64,000 bases of DNA. Source: Acidobacteriota bacterium (GTDB lineage Bacteria > Acidobacteriota > UBA6911 > RPQK01 > JAJDTT01). Shown piece by piece: positions 44,045 through 53,237 of this stretch. The DNA lies in assembly GCA_965263035.1 (NCBI GenBank), contig OZ253580.1:2432001-2496000 (forward strand), in the 5' to 3' direction. Numbering within the stretch: position 1 is the first letter of the stretch; each line of letters opens with the position of its first letter. The position numbers and the translations under genes are program-made. The notes under the pieces were generated by a model. It saw only the letters and a list, made by a program, of their open reading frames with translations, had not been told where the DNA came from and did not search any database.

Positions 44045-46331
44045 GGTCTTGAATGAGGTCCAGCAGGATCTTGATTCTGGGAACCAGGTTCGCCGGGGGT
44101 GACAACTCCAGGGCGCGCTTCAGGTGCTTCTCCGCTTCCGCCAGCTCTCCCCGGCGGCGGTGGAGAACTCCCAGATTGTAATGGGTCTCGGCGGCGGAAC
44201 GCAGGCCAATCGATTTCCGGTAGAGGCGGACGGCGCGGCCGCCGTCGCCCTGCTTGTCGTAACCTCGCGCCAACAGGTTCAGACTCTCCGGGTCGGCTTG
44301 GATCCGGACGGCCCGCTCCAGATACGGAATGGCCTCATCGTATTGCTCCAGATGGACGTAGCTGAGGCCCAGGTTGAGTAGTCCCGGCCGGCTGCCGGGA
44401 TAGGCCTCCACGAACTTCTCCAGCTGGACGACCGCCTGCCGGTAGAGGTCCTGGGCCCGCTCATCCAGCTCTCGCTTCCGCGCGAAACGGCCTTCCTTGA
44501 ACGCTTCGGCCCCTTGACCCTGGAGGTGGCGAGCCTGGTCCAGGAAGAGTCCACCGATCGACAGCCAGACCATGCGGACGGCCGGATTCTGGTTCCGGAG
44601 CTTGAGAGCCGCCCGAAACCAGCCCAACGCCTCTTGGCGCAGCGGCAGGACCTGCTCGAATTCACCCGTCTCGACGGCGACCTCGGCGGCCGTTTCATAG
44701 CAGTTCCCCAGGTTGGCCAGAGTCATGAAATTCGAGTCGTCTCTCTTCAGAGCCTCCTCCATCGCCTCGCGACACTTGTCCAGCAGCTTCGACGCCAGAT
44801 CGTATTGCTTCCGGGCTCGCGCCCGCTCGGCCAGCTGGACGTACAGGGCGCCCAGATTACTCCACTCCAGGGCCCGGCTGGAGTCGAGCTCCAAGGCTCT
44901 CCGAACGTGTTTCAGGGCCAAGTCCGGCTTCTTCCCCATGTAGGTGACCGCGAGATTGCTGTGGGCCCGGTAGGACCGGGGCGCCTGTTCCGCGGTCGCC
45001 CGCCACAGGGTCTCCACGTCGGCCCAGTCCCGATTGCGCCCCACGGTGCGCACCGAGAAGACGACCAGGACGATGGCCAGCACCCCGAGAGCCAGTTCCC
45101 GAAACCCTCTCTCCCGGGAGACGTGATCCACCGCCACCCCTCCCACAAGGCACGCCCCGATCAGAGGGACGTAGAGAAAGTGGTCGGCCGCCAACTCGTG
45201 AAAGGGCAGGATCTGGAGCACCGGCACCAATGCCGTCAGGAACCAGCCCATCCCCAGGGAGACCAGGGGCCGGGACGGGTAGATCCGGACGGCCACGGCG
45301 GCGAAGGCCGCCAGCAGAAGCACCGACAGCAGGGTCGACGCATCGGCGAACCCGGGAGAGAGGGCGAAGACGTCTCCCGTGTAGTCCGCAATCAACGGAT
45401 GGGGGAACAGCGCCAGGCGCAGGTAGTGTGAGAAGAGCTTGAAGCAGGTGCCGGCGTGGGCCGCGAGGCTCCCTCCCCAGAGCCCCTCCATGCGGCTGGC
45501 CGGACTCAGAAAGAGCGCATAGTAGAACGAGGCCGCAGCCAAGACGAAACCCAGGGCGTAGGCGAGCCGGGAGCGCAGGAGAGTCCGGAGGACGCGGACC
45601 GTCACCGGCTCCCGTCCCGGATCTCGGGAGCGGTCCGTCCGGCACAGGTCCAGAATCAGGAGCAGCACCGGAAGCACGATGACCAGTTCCTTGGCCAGGA
45701 CCCCCACCACCAGGCAGGCGAGGCAGAGCAGGAGATACCGGCGCCGGCCCGTGTCCCGATAGGAGAGGAACGACAGGCACCCCGCAAGAATGAAGAAGGC
45801 GGCCAGCAGGTCTTTCCGTCCCGAAACGTAGGCCACGGCGGCGGTCTGAACCGGGTGGGCGGCAAAAAGGAGGGCTCCCGCCATCGCCAGGGTCCGGCGG
45901 CCGGTGACGGCCCGGAAGAGCCAGTAGACCAGGAGCGAATTGAGGGCGTGCAAAAGCAGGTTGAAGAGGTGGTACCCCGTGGGGTCCAGACCGCCCACCC
46001 AGTAGTTCAGCGCGTAGGTGAGCGTGCGGACCGGCCGGTAGACCCGGTGGCTCAGGATCTCTCCCCAGCGCAGCTCCGTCACCGTCCGATTCTGCTGGAT
46101 CAGGGTGAGGTCGTCGTGGACGAACTCGTGGCCCAGCGTATTCCAGTAGAGCCCCAGGACGACGGCCACGAGGAGGCACGGGTAGAGCAGGTCCGGCCGC
46201 CAGAGACGGGATCCGAACCCCGGGGGCGATCTCCTGTCTTTCCTTCTCGCCGCCACGATCAGACTTCCCCTGCTTCCTTCGCTCCCAGCGACCGGGCCAT
46301 CTCCAGAATCCGGCCGGCCACCCGATCCCAA
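43998..46331 (-). CDS. Polytopic GT-C-like membrane protein with C-terminal TPRs (TMTC-like); start uncertain
   Basis: FVHDD, YRP, YHLFNLLLH, FAAHPVQ...VSGR, KE and FLYVP motifs followed by TPR-like helices. Confidence 0.8.
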   Translation of the reverse strand: MGSGGRPDSGDGPVAGSEGSRGSLIVAARRKDRRSPPGFGSRLWRPDLLYPCLLVAVVLGLYWNTLGHEFVHDDLTLIQQNRTVTELRWGEILSHRVYRPVRTLTYALNYWVGGLDPTGYHLFNLLLHALNSLLVYWLFRAVTGRRTLAMAGALLFAAHPVQTAAVAYVSGRKDLLAAFFILAGCLSFLSYRDTGRRRYLLLCLACLVVGVLAKELVIVLPVLLLILDLCRTDRSRDPGREPVTVRVLRTLLRSRLAYALGFVLAAASFYYALFLSPASRMEGLWGGSLAAHAGTCFKLFSHYLRLALFPHPLIADYTGDVFALSPGFADASTLLSVLLLAAFAAVAVRIYPSRPLVSLGMGWFLTALVPVLQILPFHELAADHFLYVPLIGACLVGGVAVDHVSRERGFRELALGVLAIVLVVFSVRTVGRNRDWADVETLWRATAEQAPRSYRAHSNLAVTYMGKKPDLALKHVRRALELDSSRALEWSNLGALYVQLAERARARKQYDLASKLLDKCREAMEEALKRDDSNFMTLANLGNCYETAAEVAVETGEFEQVLPLRQEALGWFRAALKLRNQNPAVRMVWLSIGGLFLDQARHLQGQGAEAFKEGRFARKRELDERAQDLYRQAVVQLEKFVEAYPGSRPGLLNLGLSYVHLEQYDEAIPYLERAVRIQADPESLNLLARGYDKQGDGGRAVRLYRKSIGLRSAAETHYNLGVLHRRRGELAEAEKHLKRALELSPPANLVPRIKILLDLIQDHVSRSQDHRRHPLPQ

Positions 46332-47401
46332 CCCAGCTTCCGGTTGAATTCCAGGATGTGAGGCTGGAACCGTGGTCGCAAATCCCGGCGAAAGTAATCG
46401 ATCAGGAGACTCGCCAGCCGTCGGGAATCTCCGGGTGGAAAGAGGAGCCCGGTCTTGCCGTCCAGCACCACCTCCGAGAGTCCACCCACGTCGCTGGCGA
46501 TGACCGGGACGCCGAACTGGTAGGCCAGGGGGACGATCCCGCTCTGGGTCGCGCTCCGGTAGGGAAGCGCCACCACGTGGGCGCGGCGGAAGAGGGCGGG
46601 CACCTCCCGGTTGGGCACATAGGCGCCGGTCCAGAAGACCTCGCCGTCGAGGCCGAGAGCCCGGACCCGTTCCTTCAGGGGACGGGGATCGGAATAGAAC
46701 TCCCCCGCCACCACCAGTTCCGCCTCCAGCTCCCGGCGAACCCGGGCGAAGGCTTCGATGAGGACGTCGAGCCCCTTGTAGGCCCGGATGTTTCCGAAAA
46801 AGAGGATGCAGGGCTTCTCACCCGGCCCGGGCGATTCGGAGTCCCAGCGCCGGTAGAAGGAGTAGGCCGGATGGCGGACCTTACGTACCGGAGCGTTCGG
46901 ACGGAGCTCCCGCACCTGCCGCGCCAGGTCCTCCGACTGGACCAGGAACCCGTCCACGCGGCGAAAGGCCATCCTCACCAGCATCGTCTCCAGAAGACGG
47001 CTCCCCATCCGCTCGTGGGGGAAGACGTTGTGGCACAGAAACAGGATCACCGGAGCCGCCCGCTTCCGGACGCGCCGGATCAGGTCGGCGTAGGCCGGAC
47101 TGAAGAAGGGGTGCCACCATTGGAAGACCAGCAGTTCGGGTCCCCAGGCGGCGACTCTCCGGGCCGTGGCGGCCCAGCTCCCGGGAGCGAGAGGGCGGAG
47201 GAGCCTCTCGGATGGCACCCGCCAGGCGCTGGTGCTCCGGTCCAATTCCGAGCTTCCGGGAAACAGCAGCCGGGGATAGAGCTTCCGGAAGGAATAGATG
47301 CGCACCTGGTGCCGCCGCTCCAGCTCGCCGTACAGGGATGCGTTGTACTGGGCGATTCCGCCGCGGAAGGGATGGGCGGGACCCAGGAGGGCGATCCTCA
47401 T
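46259..47401 (-). CDS. GT4-family glycosyltransferase
   Basis: GPAHPFRGGIAQY, FFGNIRAYKG, PYRSATQSG and SDVGGLSE. Confidence 0.9.
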   Translation of the reverse strand: MRIALLGPAHPFRGGIAQYNASLYGELERRHQVRIYSFRKLYPRLLFPGSSELDRSTSAWRVPSERLLRPLAPGSWAATARRVAAWGPELLVFQWWHPFFSPAYADLIRRVRKRAAPVILFLCHNVFPHERMGSRLLETMLVRMAFRRVDGFLVQSEDLARQVRELRPNAPVRKVRHPAYSFYRRWDSESPGPGEKPCILFFGNIRAYKGLDVLIEAFARVRRELEAELVVAGEFYSDPRPLKERVRALGLDGEVFWTGAYVPNREVPALFRRAHVVALPYRSATQSGIVPLAYQFGVPVIASDVGGLSEVVLDGKTGLLFPPGDSRRLASLLIDYFRRDLRPRFQPHILEFNRKLGWDRVAGRILEMARSLGAKEAGEV

Positions 47402-48372
47402 CCGGGCAGAGAGACCAGGGACTTGGAGCTGGCCTCCTCCGGTTCCACCACCCGGACTTCGCGCACCGAGTAGTCCCCTTCTCTGCGGGAGGAGTAGGCG
47501 ATCATCTCGGCCAGGAGCCCGAAGAAGATGAACTGGACGCCCATGATTAGGAACAGGATTCCCAGCATGAACAGGGGCCGGTCCTCGATCCAGCGACCCA
47601 GAAACCAGCCCACGGTGAGATATGCCTGGATGGAAAAGCCGGCCAGGAGCAGGACGACTCCCAGAATCCCGAAGACGTGCAGCGGCTTGCTGTTGTAGCG
47701 GGTCAACATGATCACCGTCAGGAGATCGAAGAATCCGCCCAGGAAGCGGCCGGCGCCGTACTTGCTGCGCCCGTGCGCGCGGGGAGCATGGTCCACCGGA
47801 ACCTCCCCGATCCGATAGCCGCGGTAGCTGGCCAGGACCGGAATGAACCGGTGCATCTCGCCGTAGACCTTCACCTCCCGGATCACCTCCCGGCGGTAGG
47901 CTTTGAGCCCGCAGTTGAGGTCGTGGAGCGGAACTCCCGTCAGGAGGGCGGTGACGAAGTTGAAGATTCGCGACGCGACGCGCTTGCGCCACGGGTCTTG
48001 GCGCTCGACCTTCCAGCCGGAGACCAGGTCGAACCCCTGCTCCAGTTGGGCCAACAGCTTGCCCACCTCCTGGGGAAGATCCTGAAGGTCCGCATCCATG
48101 GTGACGATGACCTCTCCCCGGGCATGCCGAAAACCGGCCGAAAGCGCCGCCGACTTGCCGAAGTTGCGGCGAAACCGAATGATCCGGATCCGGGAGTCCT
48201 GTTTCTGAAGGCGCTTCAGCGTGGAAAAGGAGCCGTCGGTGCTGCCGTCGTCGACGAAGATGATCTCCAAGCCGCCGGAATGCGAACTCAACTCCCGGAC
48301 GATGCCTTGGTAGAGTTCAGGGAGAGATTCCTCCTCGTTGAGGAGGGGAATCACCATGGAGATCAGTCTCAT
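47398..48372 (-). CDS. GT2 glycosyltransferase (ArnC/GtrB-like)
   Basis: VDDGSTD, RRNFGKSAAL, MDADLQD and GEMHRFIP; two C-terminal TM helices. Confidence 0.9.
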   Translation of the reverse strand: MRLISMVIPLLNEEESLPELYQGIVRELSSHSGGLEIIFVDDGSTDGSFSTLKRLQKQDSRIRIIRFRRNFGKSAALSAGFRHARGEVIVTMDADLQDLPQEVGKLLAQLEQGFDLVSGWKVERQDPWRKRVASRIFNFVTALLTGVPLHDLNCGLKAYRREVIREVKVYGEMHRFIPVLASYRGYRIGEVPVDHAPRAHGRSKYGAGRFLGGFFDLLTVIMLTRYNSKPLHVFGILGVVLLLAGFSIQAYLTVGWFLGRWIEDRPLFMLGILFLIMGVQFIFFGLLAEMIAYSSRREGDYSVREVRVVEPEEASSKSLVSLPG

Positions 48373-48403
48373 GGGCGGATATTCGGGGCCGATTCTAACA
48401 CAC

Positions 48404-48520
48404 CGATTGGGAACGGCGGCTTTCTTGCCGCCGATTGGGGGGGGTTAGGGGGGACGGTTAGTCCCCCCTCCTCTTCGTCTTCTTCAATCCGGAGGGGGCG
48501 ACAAGAAAGTCGCCCCTCCT
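48404..48520. repeat. Composite REP module, type 2
   Basis: Reverse REP, GGGGGGACGGTTAGTCCCCCC hairpin, CT-rich linker and forward REP. Confidence 0.85.
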
Positions 48521-48537
48521 AAAAGGGGACTTGATGC

Positions 48538-48571
48538 TTGTCATATGTAGTGTGTAGTATACAGTACACAC
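48538..48571 (+). promoter_or_regulatory. Candidate promoter and palindromic operator of the XRE regulator
   Basis: TTGTCA...TACAGT with inverted repeat GTGTGTA-N8-TACACAC (48550-48571) just before the ATG. Confidence 0.55.
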
Positions 48572-48575
48572 TCGA

Positions 48576-48959
48576 ATGAAGGACGATTCAAGTCGTCCCA
48601 GGGTCGACATGGCGTTTGGAGATTACATTCGAGAAGTTCGGGAGCGGCGACGGCGTGAGGACCGGACTTTCTCGTTAAGGCAAGTCGCAGGCCGCGTCGG
48701 AATCGAGCCGGCCTACCTGAGCAAGATCGAGCGGGGACAGACGCCGCCTCCTTCGGAGCGGACCATCCGCCGGCTCGCGAAGGAGCTGGACGAAGATGCG
48801 GACGTCCTGTTGGCGATGGGGGGGAAGGTTTCCAAGGACCTTCAGGAGATCGTGATGCTCCGTCCCAAGCTCTTCGCCGATCTGCTGCGTCAACTCCGGG
48901 AGGCACCAGATCACGCGGTGCTGCGGGTCGCGCGGGAGATCCGGGACGGGGATTGGTGA
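48576..48959 (+). CDS. XRE-family HTH transcriptional regulator
   Basis: SLRQVAGRVGIEPAYLSKIERG HTH. Confidence 0.9.
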   Translation: MKDDSSRPRVDMAFGDYIREVRERRRREDRTFSLRQVAGRVGIEPAYLSKIERGQTPPPSERTIRRLAKELDEDADVLLAMGGKVSKDLQEIVMLRPKLFADLLRQLREAPDHAVLRVAREIRDGDW

Positions 48960-49004
48960 AGGACAGTGTTGTGGGAACCTGAGGGAACAGGAGAGGAGGA
49001 AAAA

Positions 49005-50000
49005 ATGATTGAACTTCGGCACGATAGGTTGACTTTCAGCTTTCCGGAGGTCCATGAGGAGGCGGGGTGCTCGATTTCGTTTTCGAGGACCCTGCGCATT
49101 CCGGACGACGACCTTGAGTATCCCCTGCCCCCGGGCATGGGGGAGTTTCCGTTGCACCATGTGGATGACTATGGCGGCCGCCTGCCGAAGCTCTGGAGCG
49201 ATCACGGCGGCGTCTTCATGCCCATGTACCAGGCGGAGGCGCTCTGGATTTCCTTCGATGGCGCGTACCCCATGGCCGTCAAGGTGGCCGCCGGGAAGGT
49301 CGACGCCGTTACGGGACAACCTTTTGGGAATGGGCTGAACCGGCGGCCTCAGGACTACGTCGTGATCCCGGACCAGCCCTGGCTCGACGGCTTCTGCGTG
49401 CGGAAGGGCCTGATCCGTCAGTTCGTCGCCATGCCCCTCGGGCAGGGCTATACGGCCGAGGAGCAGTTGACCGGCGCCGCGGAGCACGGCGGCCTGCAGA
49501 TCGTCGTCTATCCGATGAAGGCGTCGCGGTACGAGAGACTGAGGGCCGCGCGGCGCGAACCCTACGAAGCTGGTGTCGTCTGTTGTCACATGGCGGATCC
49601 CTGCCAAATGAGTCTGGCGCCCGGCGGGATGATGCGCCAGGAGGTCTATTCCGACGACTACGGATTCTCCGCCTGGGAGCGGGACGTCCGCTCGCGATGC
49701 TTCGTCCACCTGCTCAACAGCGGGCAATACCGCACGGTGACCGGATTCGCGCCGCCGTATGAGCCGCCCACCGCCGCCGACTACACCGAGGCCGGGCTCC
49801 CCTGGTTCGAGTATTTCGACGCCGACCTCGAGGCGCTGGAGGGGGCGACTCGGCTTGACCGCCTCGACAGCGTGGGGGCCCGCAGAGTGAAGGAGAGGAC
49901 ACCGCCGCTGGACGGGGGCGAGAACGTGGAACCCACACCGGCACAGATCAAGCGGCTGCGCAAAAGCCAAGTGGTCCGGGACGGAAGCGCCGCCTGGTAG
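49005..50000 (+). CDS. Conserved hypothetical protein
   Basis: GGAGG RBS; conserved-looking blocks RTLRIPDD, PMYQAEALWI, QPWLDG and QFVAMPLG. Confidence 0.8.
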   Translation: MIELRHDRLTFSFPEVHEEAGCSISFSRTLRIPDDDLEYPLPPGMGEFPLHHVDDYGGRLPKLWSDHGGVFMPMYQAEALWISFDGAYPMAVKVAAGKVDAVTGQPFGNGLNRRPQDYVVIPDQPWLDGFCVRKGLIRQFVAMPLGQGYTAEEQLTGAAEHGGLQIVVYPMKASRYERLRAARREPYEAGVVCCHMADPCQMSLAPGGMMRQEVYSDDYGFSAWERDVRSRCFVHLLNSGQYRTVTGFAPPYEPPTAADYTEAGLPWFEYFDADLEALEGATRLDRLDSVGARRVKERTPPLDGGENVEPTPAQIKRLRKSQVVRDGSAAW

Positions 50001-50158
50001 GAGCGGCGGTTTTCTTGCCGCCGATTGGGGGGGGTAGGGGGGACGATTAGTCCCCCCTCCTCTTCGTCTTCTTCCTTCTCAATCCGGAGTGGGCGACAAG
50101 AAAGTCGCCCCTCCCAGCGGGCGGCAAGAAAGCCGCCCGTCCTAGCGGGCGACAAGAA
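49998..50158. repeat. Composite REP module, type 2, with extra units
   Basis: Starts within the TAG stop; the last unit GGGCGACAAGAA is split by intron A2. Confidence 0.85.
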
Positions 50159-50801
50159 GTCGCGGTAGGGACACCGGTTGCCCAGCGCCCCCCGCGCAGA
50201 TCCGTGCGTGCCCGTTAAGGCACACGGCTCCTACCTCAGGTAGTGACGGCAGGTCGCGACGCCCGCCGTATCCGACCCCCGCCTGTGTCACGGTCATCCG
50301 GCTCTGGGTCCGGTCCGTACTTTGGTGAGCCGAATTCCCCTTGGCTCCATCCCTTCGCTCCACGGACTCCGCAGAAAGTTCCCCCTCTTTGTTCGCCCGC
50401 TTCATCACTACTATGGATGTATCCGATTGCTTGCTCTTTCCCCTCATGGGTTACGGCTTTCTCCTTTCCCACGAGGCCCCGGCTCTCGCCGGGGAGAGAC
50501 CAAGCCCTCCCAGGTCCCGACACCAGATGTACGTACGTGCATGGGTTCTTTGACACCGCGGAGCCCGGCCGTCCCTCACCTTGGCGGTCCAGCCGGTGTT
50601 GCCTTCGACCGCGACTACAGCCTCGGCACTTCCGATCAAGGAGCTTTCGATGCTCAATAGCCTGCCCATACGCACCGCTACCGACGCTTCGCCGACGCCC
50701 TCACGGACGCCCACGCACGGCTCGCGGAGAAACGTGGATGGTTAGTCCTTTCGTTTCAGCGGACTTTCACCGCCTATCTTGTGCCAGTTAGCCTGGCGCA
50801 C
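50159..50801 (-). mobile_element. ORF-less group II intron, family A, copy A2
   Basis: Close paralog of A1; flanks rejoin to GGGCGACAAGAA|AGTTGCCCCTCC. Confidence 0.9.
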
Positions 50802-50812
50802 AGTTGCCCCTC

Positions 50813-51487
50813 CTATTCCTTCTCGAAAAGGAGAAACTCCCTTTCTCTCAATCCGGCTCTCCTTGGATTCTCGCGGATATATTCCAGGCACTTCAAAAAG
50901 TGCAGAGGGTGCCGGATCAACCGATCCCAATAGTCTTTCTGCCAGATCTTGGCGTATTTTCCGGTCTTCTGGTTGATCACATGAGCCGTAAATCCCTTCC
51001 AGGATCTGACGATGTCTCTGAGATGATGAGAGCCAAGAGGGCGAAACAGCACATGGACATGGTTGGGCATCACGACGAAGGCGGCCAGTTCGTAACGCCG
51101 GCCGTCGAAATGCCGCAGTGAGTCAGCCACGACTCGGGCCAAGGCCGGATCCTTCAGGAGGCAGAACCCGTTCCCTTGATCCAGCCAGTCCTCGATTCGT
51201 CGAGAGAATTGATTGACGTAGCGTTTCGCCGTCCGCGCATCCCAGGGTCTTGGATGGTGTTTCAACCAGAATCTTCGTTCTTCCCGCCACTGATCCAGTT
51301 TGGCGTGTGGAAGCGAATCTCCCAGCCGCCAAGTCACGAAGACGAAGTGTTCACGCTTGTGCCAATGGGGCAGGCGGTTGTACCAAACGTCAATGGTTCC
51401 AGACTGATCAAAAGAGGAGCCGAAGCTTTCCAGCCACCAATTCTTCGAATCGCATGCCACAAATTTCCTAACGATCCCCTCACCCAA
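50813..51487 (-). CDS. REP-associated tyrosine transposase (RAYT, IS200-like Y1 HUH)
   Basis: LPHW...FVTWRL N-terminus, VVMPNHVH (HUH), SWKGFTA, IWQKDYWDRLIR and YIRENP; REP arrays on both sides; start uncertain. Confidence 0.88.
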   Translation of the reverse strand: MGEGIVRKFVACDSKNWWLESFGSSFDQSGTIDVWYNRLPHWHKREHFVFVTWRLGDSLPHAKLDQWREERRFWLKHHPRPWDARTAKRYVNQFSRRIEDWLDQGNGFCLLKDPALARVVADSLRHFDGRRYELAAFVVMPNHVHVLFRPLGSHHLRDIVRSWKGFTAHVINQKTGKYAKIWQKDYWDRLIRHPLHFLKCLEYIRENPRRAGLREREFLLFEKE

Positions 51488-51927
51488 TCGACGATAGATT
51501 GGGAGTATCCATGTTGCAAGTGGTGGGTGCTAATCGGTGTTTCCATCCCGTGTCGTTAGTACGTGATCTGTCCGGTCCAAAGGGCACAGGGTTAGGAGGA
51601 GCGTTCTTCCGCCGGAGGTGAGGCGGAGATCGAGCTGGATCCAGCGGGCGCCGTGCAGGGGGCGATGAGTGGACCGATAACTGGATCGAGGGACCTGAGA
51701 TCGTCGACGTCAGTCCTCCGGGAGGTCCGGATACGCCCTGGGGAGCGTCGGGTCAAGCCTCCGGCTCCTCCGCTTCGCTGCGGCCCTTCGGGTGACCCGG
51801 CGCTCCCCAGGGCGTGAAGAGCTTTCATGGCCGTAAGCAAGCTTCCGGCCAGACTTGACCGGAAGTTCGACAGACGGCCATCAGGGGGTCCACACGCTCC
51901 CTTTCCTCACGGGGTCTCTCCGTGGCC

Positions 51928-52875
51928 TCAGAAGGTCGCTCGGGGCGCTACGGGCAACCAGGTGCGGTCCTGCCGGACGAGGGTGTTGGCCAGGACGATA
52001 AGCTTGCGCATGACGGCGACGAGGGCCACCTTGCCGGGCTTGCCGCGCTCGCTCAGCCTCCGGTACACCTCGGCCAAGTCGGGGTTCCAGCGCAGGGCGG
52101 CCACCGCCGGCATGTACAGGAGCCGTCGCGCCCGCGCCCGTCCGCCCCGGATGAAGGCCCGGCCCTGCCAAGCCCCCGACTCGCGCGGAACGGCGGCCAG
52201 CCCGGCCAGACTGGCGGCGGCCTTGCCGCTGAGGGCGCCCAGCTCGGGCATCTCGGCCAGCAGACCGGCGGCGGTGGTGGCCGCGATCCCGGGAATGGAG
52301 GTGAGGATCTCCAACTTGCGGGCCCGCGCCTCGTCGGCCGCAATCAGCGTCTGCAATTTGCGGTCGATGGCGCGCAGGTGGCGCTCGAACATGTTGATCT
52401 GGATCTGGTTCTGCTGTTTGAGCAGGGGTTCGCGGAGCTGTCGGCGGCGGTTGAGCGCGGCCGTGCGCTGGCGCATCAGCGCGTCCCGGGACGTCTGCAG
52501 ATCCTGGAGCCGGCGTTGCGTTTTGGACGGCACCTGGGTCCGGCGCGGCTCCAGCGTGGCGGCCAGCTGGGCCAGTTTCCGAGCGTCTACGGCGTCGGTC
52601 TTGGCGCGGCTCCCGGTCGCCTCGGCGAAGCGCCGCGCCTGCCAGGGGTTCACCTTCGCCAGCGGCAGCTTCGCTTTGGACAGCGCTTCCTCGAGGTCCC
52701 GGTGGTAGGGACCGGTGGCCTCGTACGCGATGCACTCGACCGGAGTTCCGATCCAATCAATCAGCGCCCGGAAGCCGGCCGGGTCATTGTCGAACTGGGC
52801 GGAATGGCCGTCGGCCAGCCGGTGCGCGTCCAGGTGCGCTTTCGAGATGTCGATGCCTACGGTATGCTGTTTCAT
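51928..52875 (-). CDS. IS110-family transposase/recombinase
   Basis: VGIDISK, YEATG, AKTDAVDA, SIPGI and PRESG motifs. Confidence 0.94.
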   Translation of the reverse strand: MKQHTVGIDISKAHLDAHRLADGHSAQFDNDPAGFRALIDWIGTPVECIAYEATGPYHRDLEEALSKAKLPLAKVNPWQARRFAEATGSRAKTDAVDARKLAQLAATLEPRRTQVPSKTQRRLQDLQTSRDALMRQRTAALNRRRQLREPLLKQQNQIQINMFERHLRAIDRKLQTLIAADEARARKLEILTSIPGIAATTAAGLLAEMPELGALSGKAAASLAGLAAVPRESGAWQGRAFIRGGRARARRLLYMPAVAALRWNPDLAEVYRRLSERGKPGKVALVAVMRKLIVLANTLVRQDRTWLPVAPRATF

Positions 52876-52879
52876 CTTT

Positions 52880-53040
52880 CCTGTCTCCTGTGCTTGTCAT
52901 TCGGGCCTTGATGCCCTCGTATCCATTCAGGACATCGGGAAAGACGGTGGCCGACCTCACTCCCATACGGTTCGTAACAGTCCGCGGCGGTACGGTCCAG
53001 CCACCGCCGTCCGGGTCGCTCATGAGCGACCCGGACGGCC
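52880..53040 (-). ncRNA. Predicted bridge RNA of IS110-B (ends approximate)
   Basis: 5' hairpin; guides ACCGCCGC (52984-91) and UGGGAG (52960-65) match the target; AUGGAUAC (52919-26) and GACAAG (52893-98) match the donor. Confidence 0.85.
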
Positions 53041-53055
53041 CCATTTAAACAGACA

Positions 53056-53175
53056 AGCGGCGGTTTTCTTGCCGCCGATTCGGGGGGTAGGGGGGACGAT
53101 TAGTCCCCCCCTCCTCTTCGTCTTCTTCCTTCTCGATCCGGAGTGGGCGACAAGAAAGTCGCCCCTCCCAGCGGG
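53056..53175. repeat. Composite REP module, type 2
   Basis: Nearly the same as 50001-50120. Confidence 0.85.
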
Positions 53176-53237
53176 CGGATTCTGTCCACCCCGTCCATTG
53201 GCCGGGTCGGGGTGAGTGGTGATCTGGCTCGGACATC

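Larger units (their letters stand above)
51504..53055 (-). mobile_element. IS110-family element B, copy 1, inserted in a REP (CT core)
   Basis: Minus-strand flanks AAGAAAACCGCCG-CT and CT-CCCAATC rejoin to a REP; the right end is shared with the copy at 62773. Confidence 0.9.

Noticed and set aside
50813-51487. Ordinary IS200/IS605 element with TnpB
   Set aside because: No tnpB and no distinct IS ends; motif pattern and flanking REP arrays fit a RAYT.
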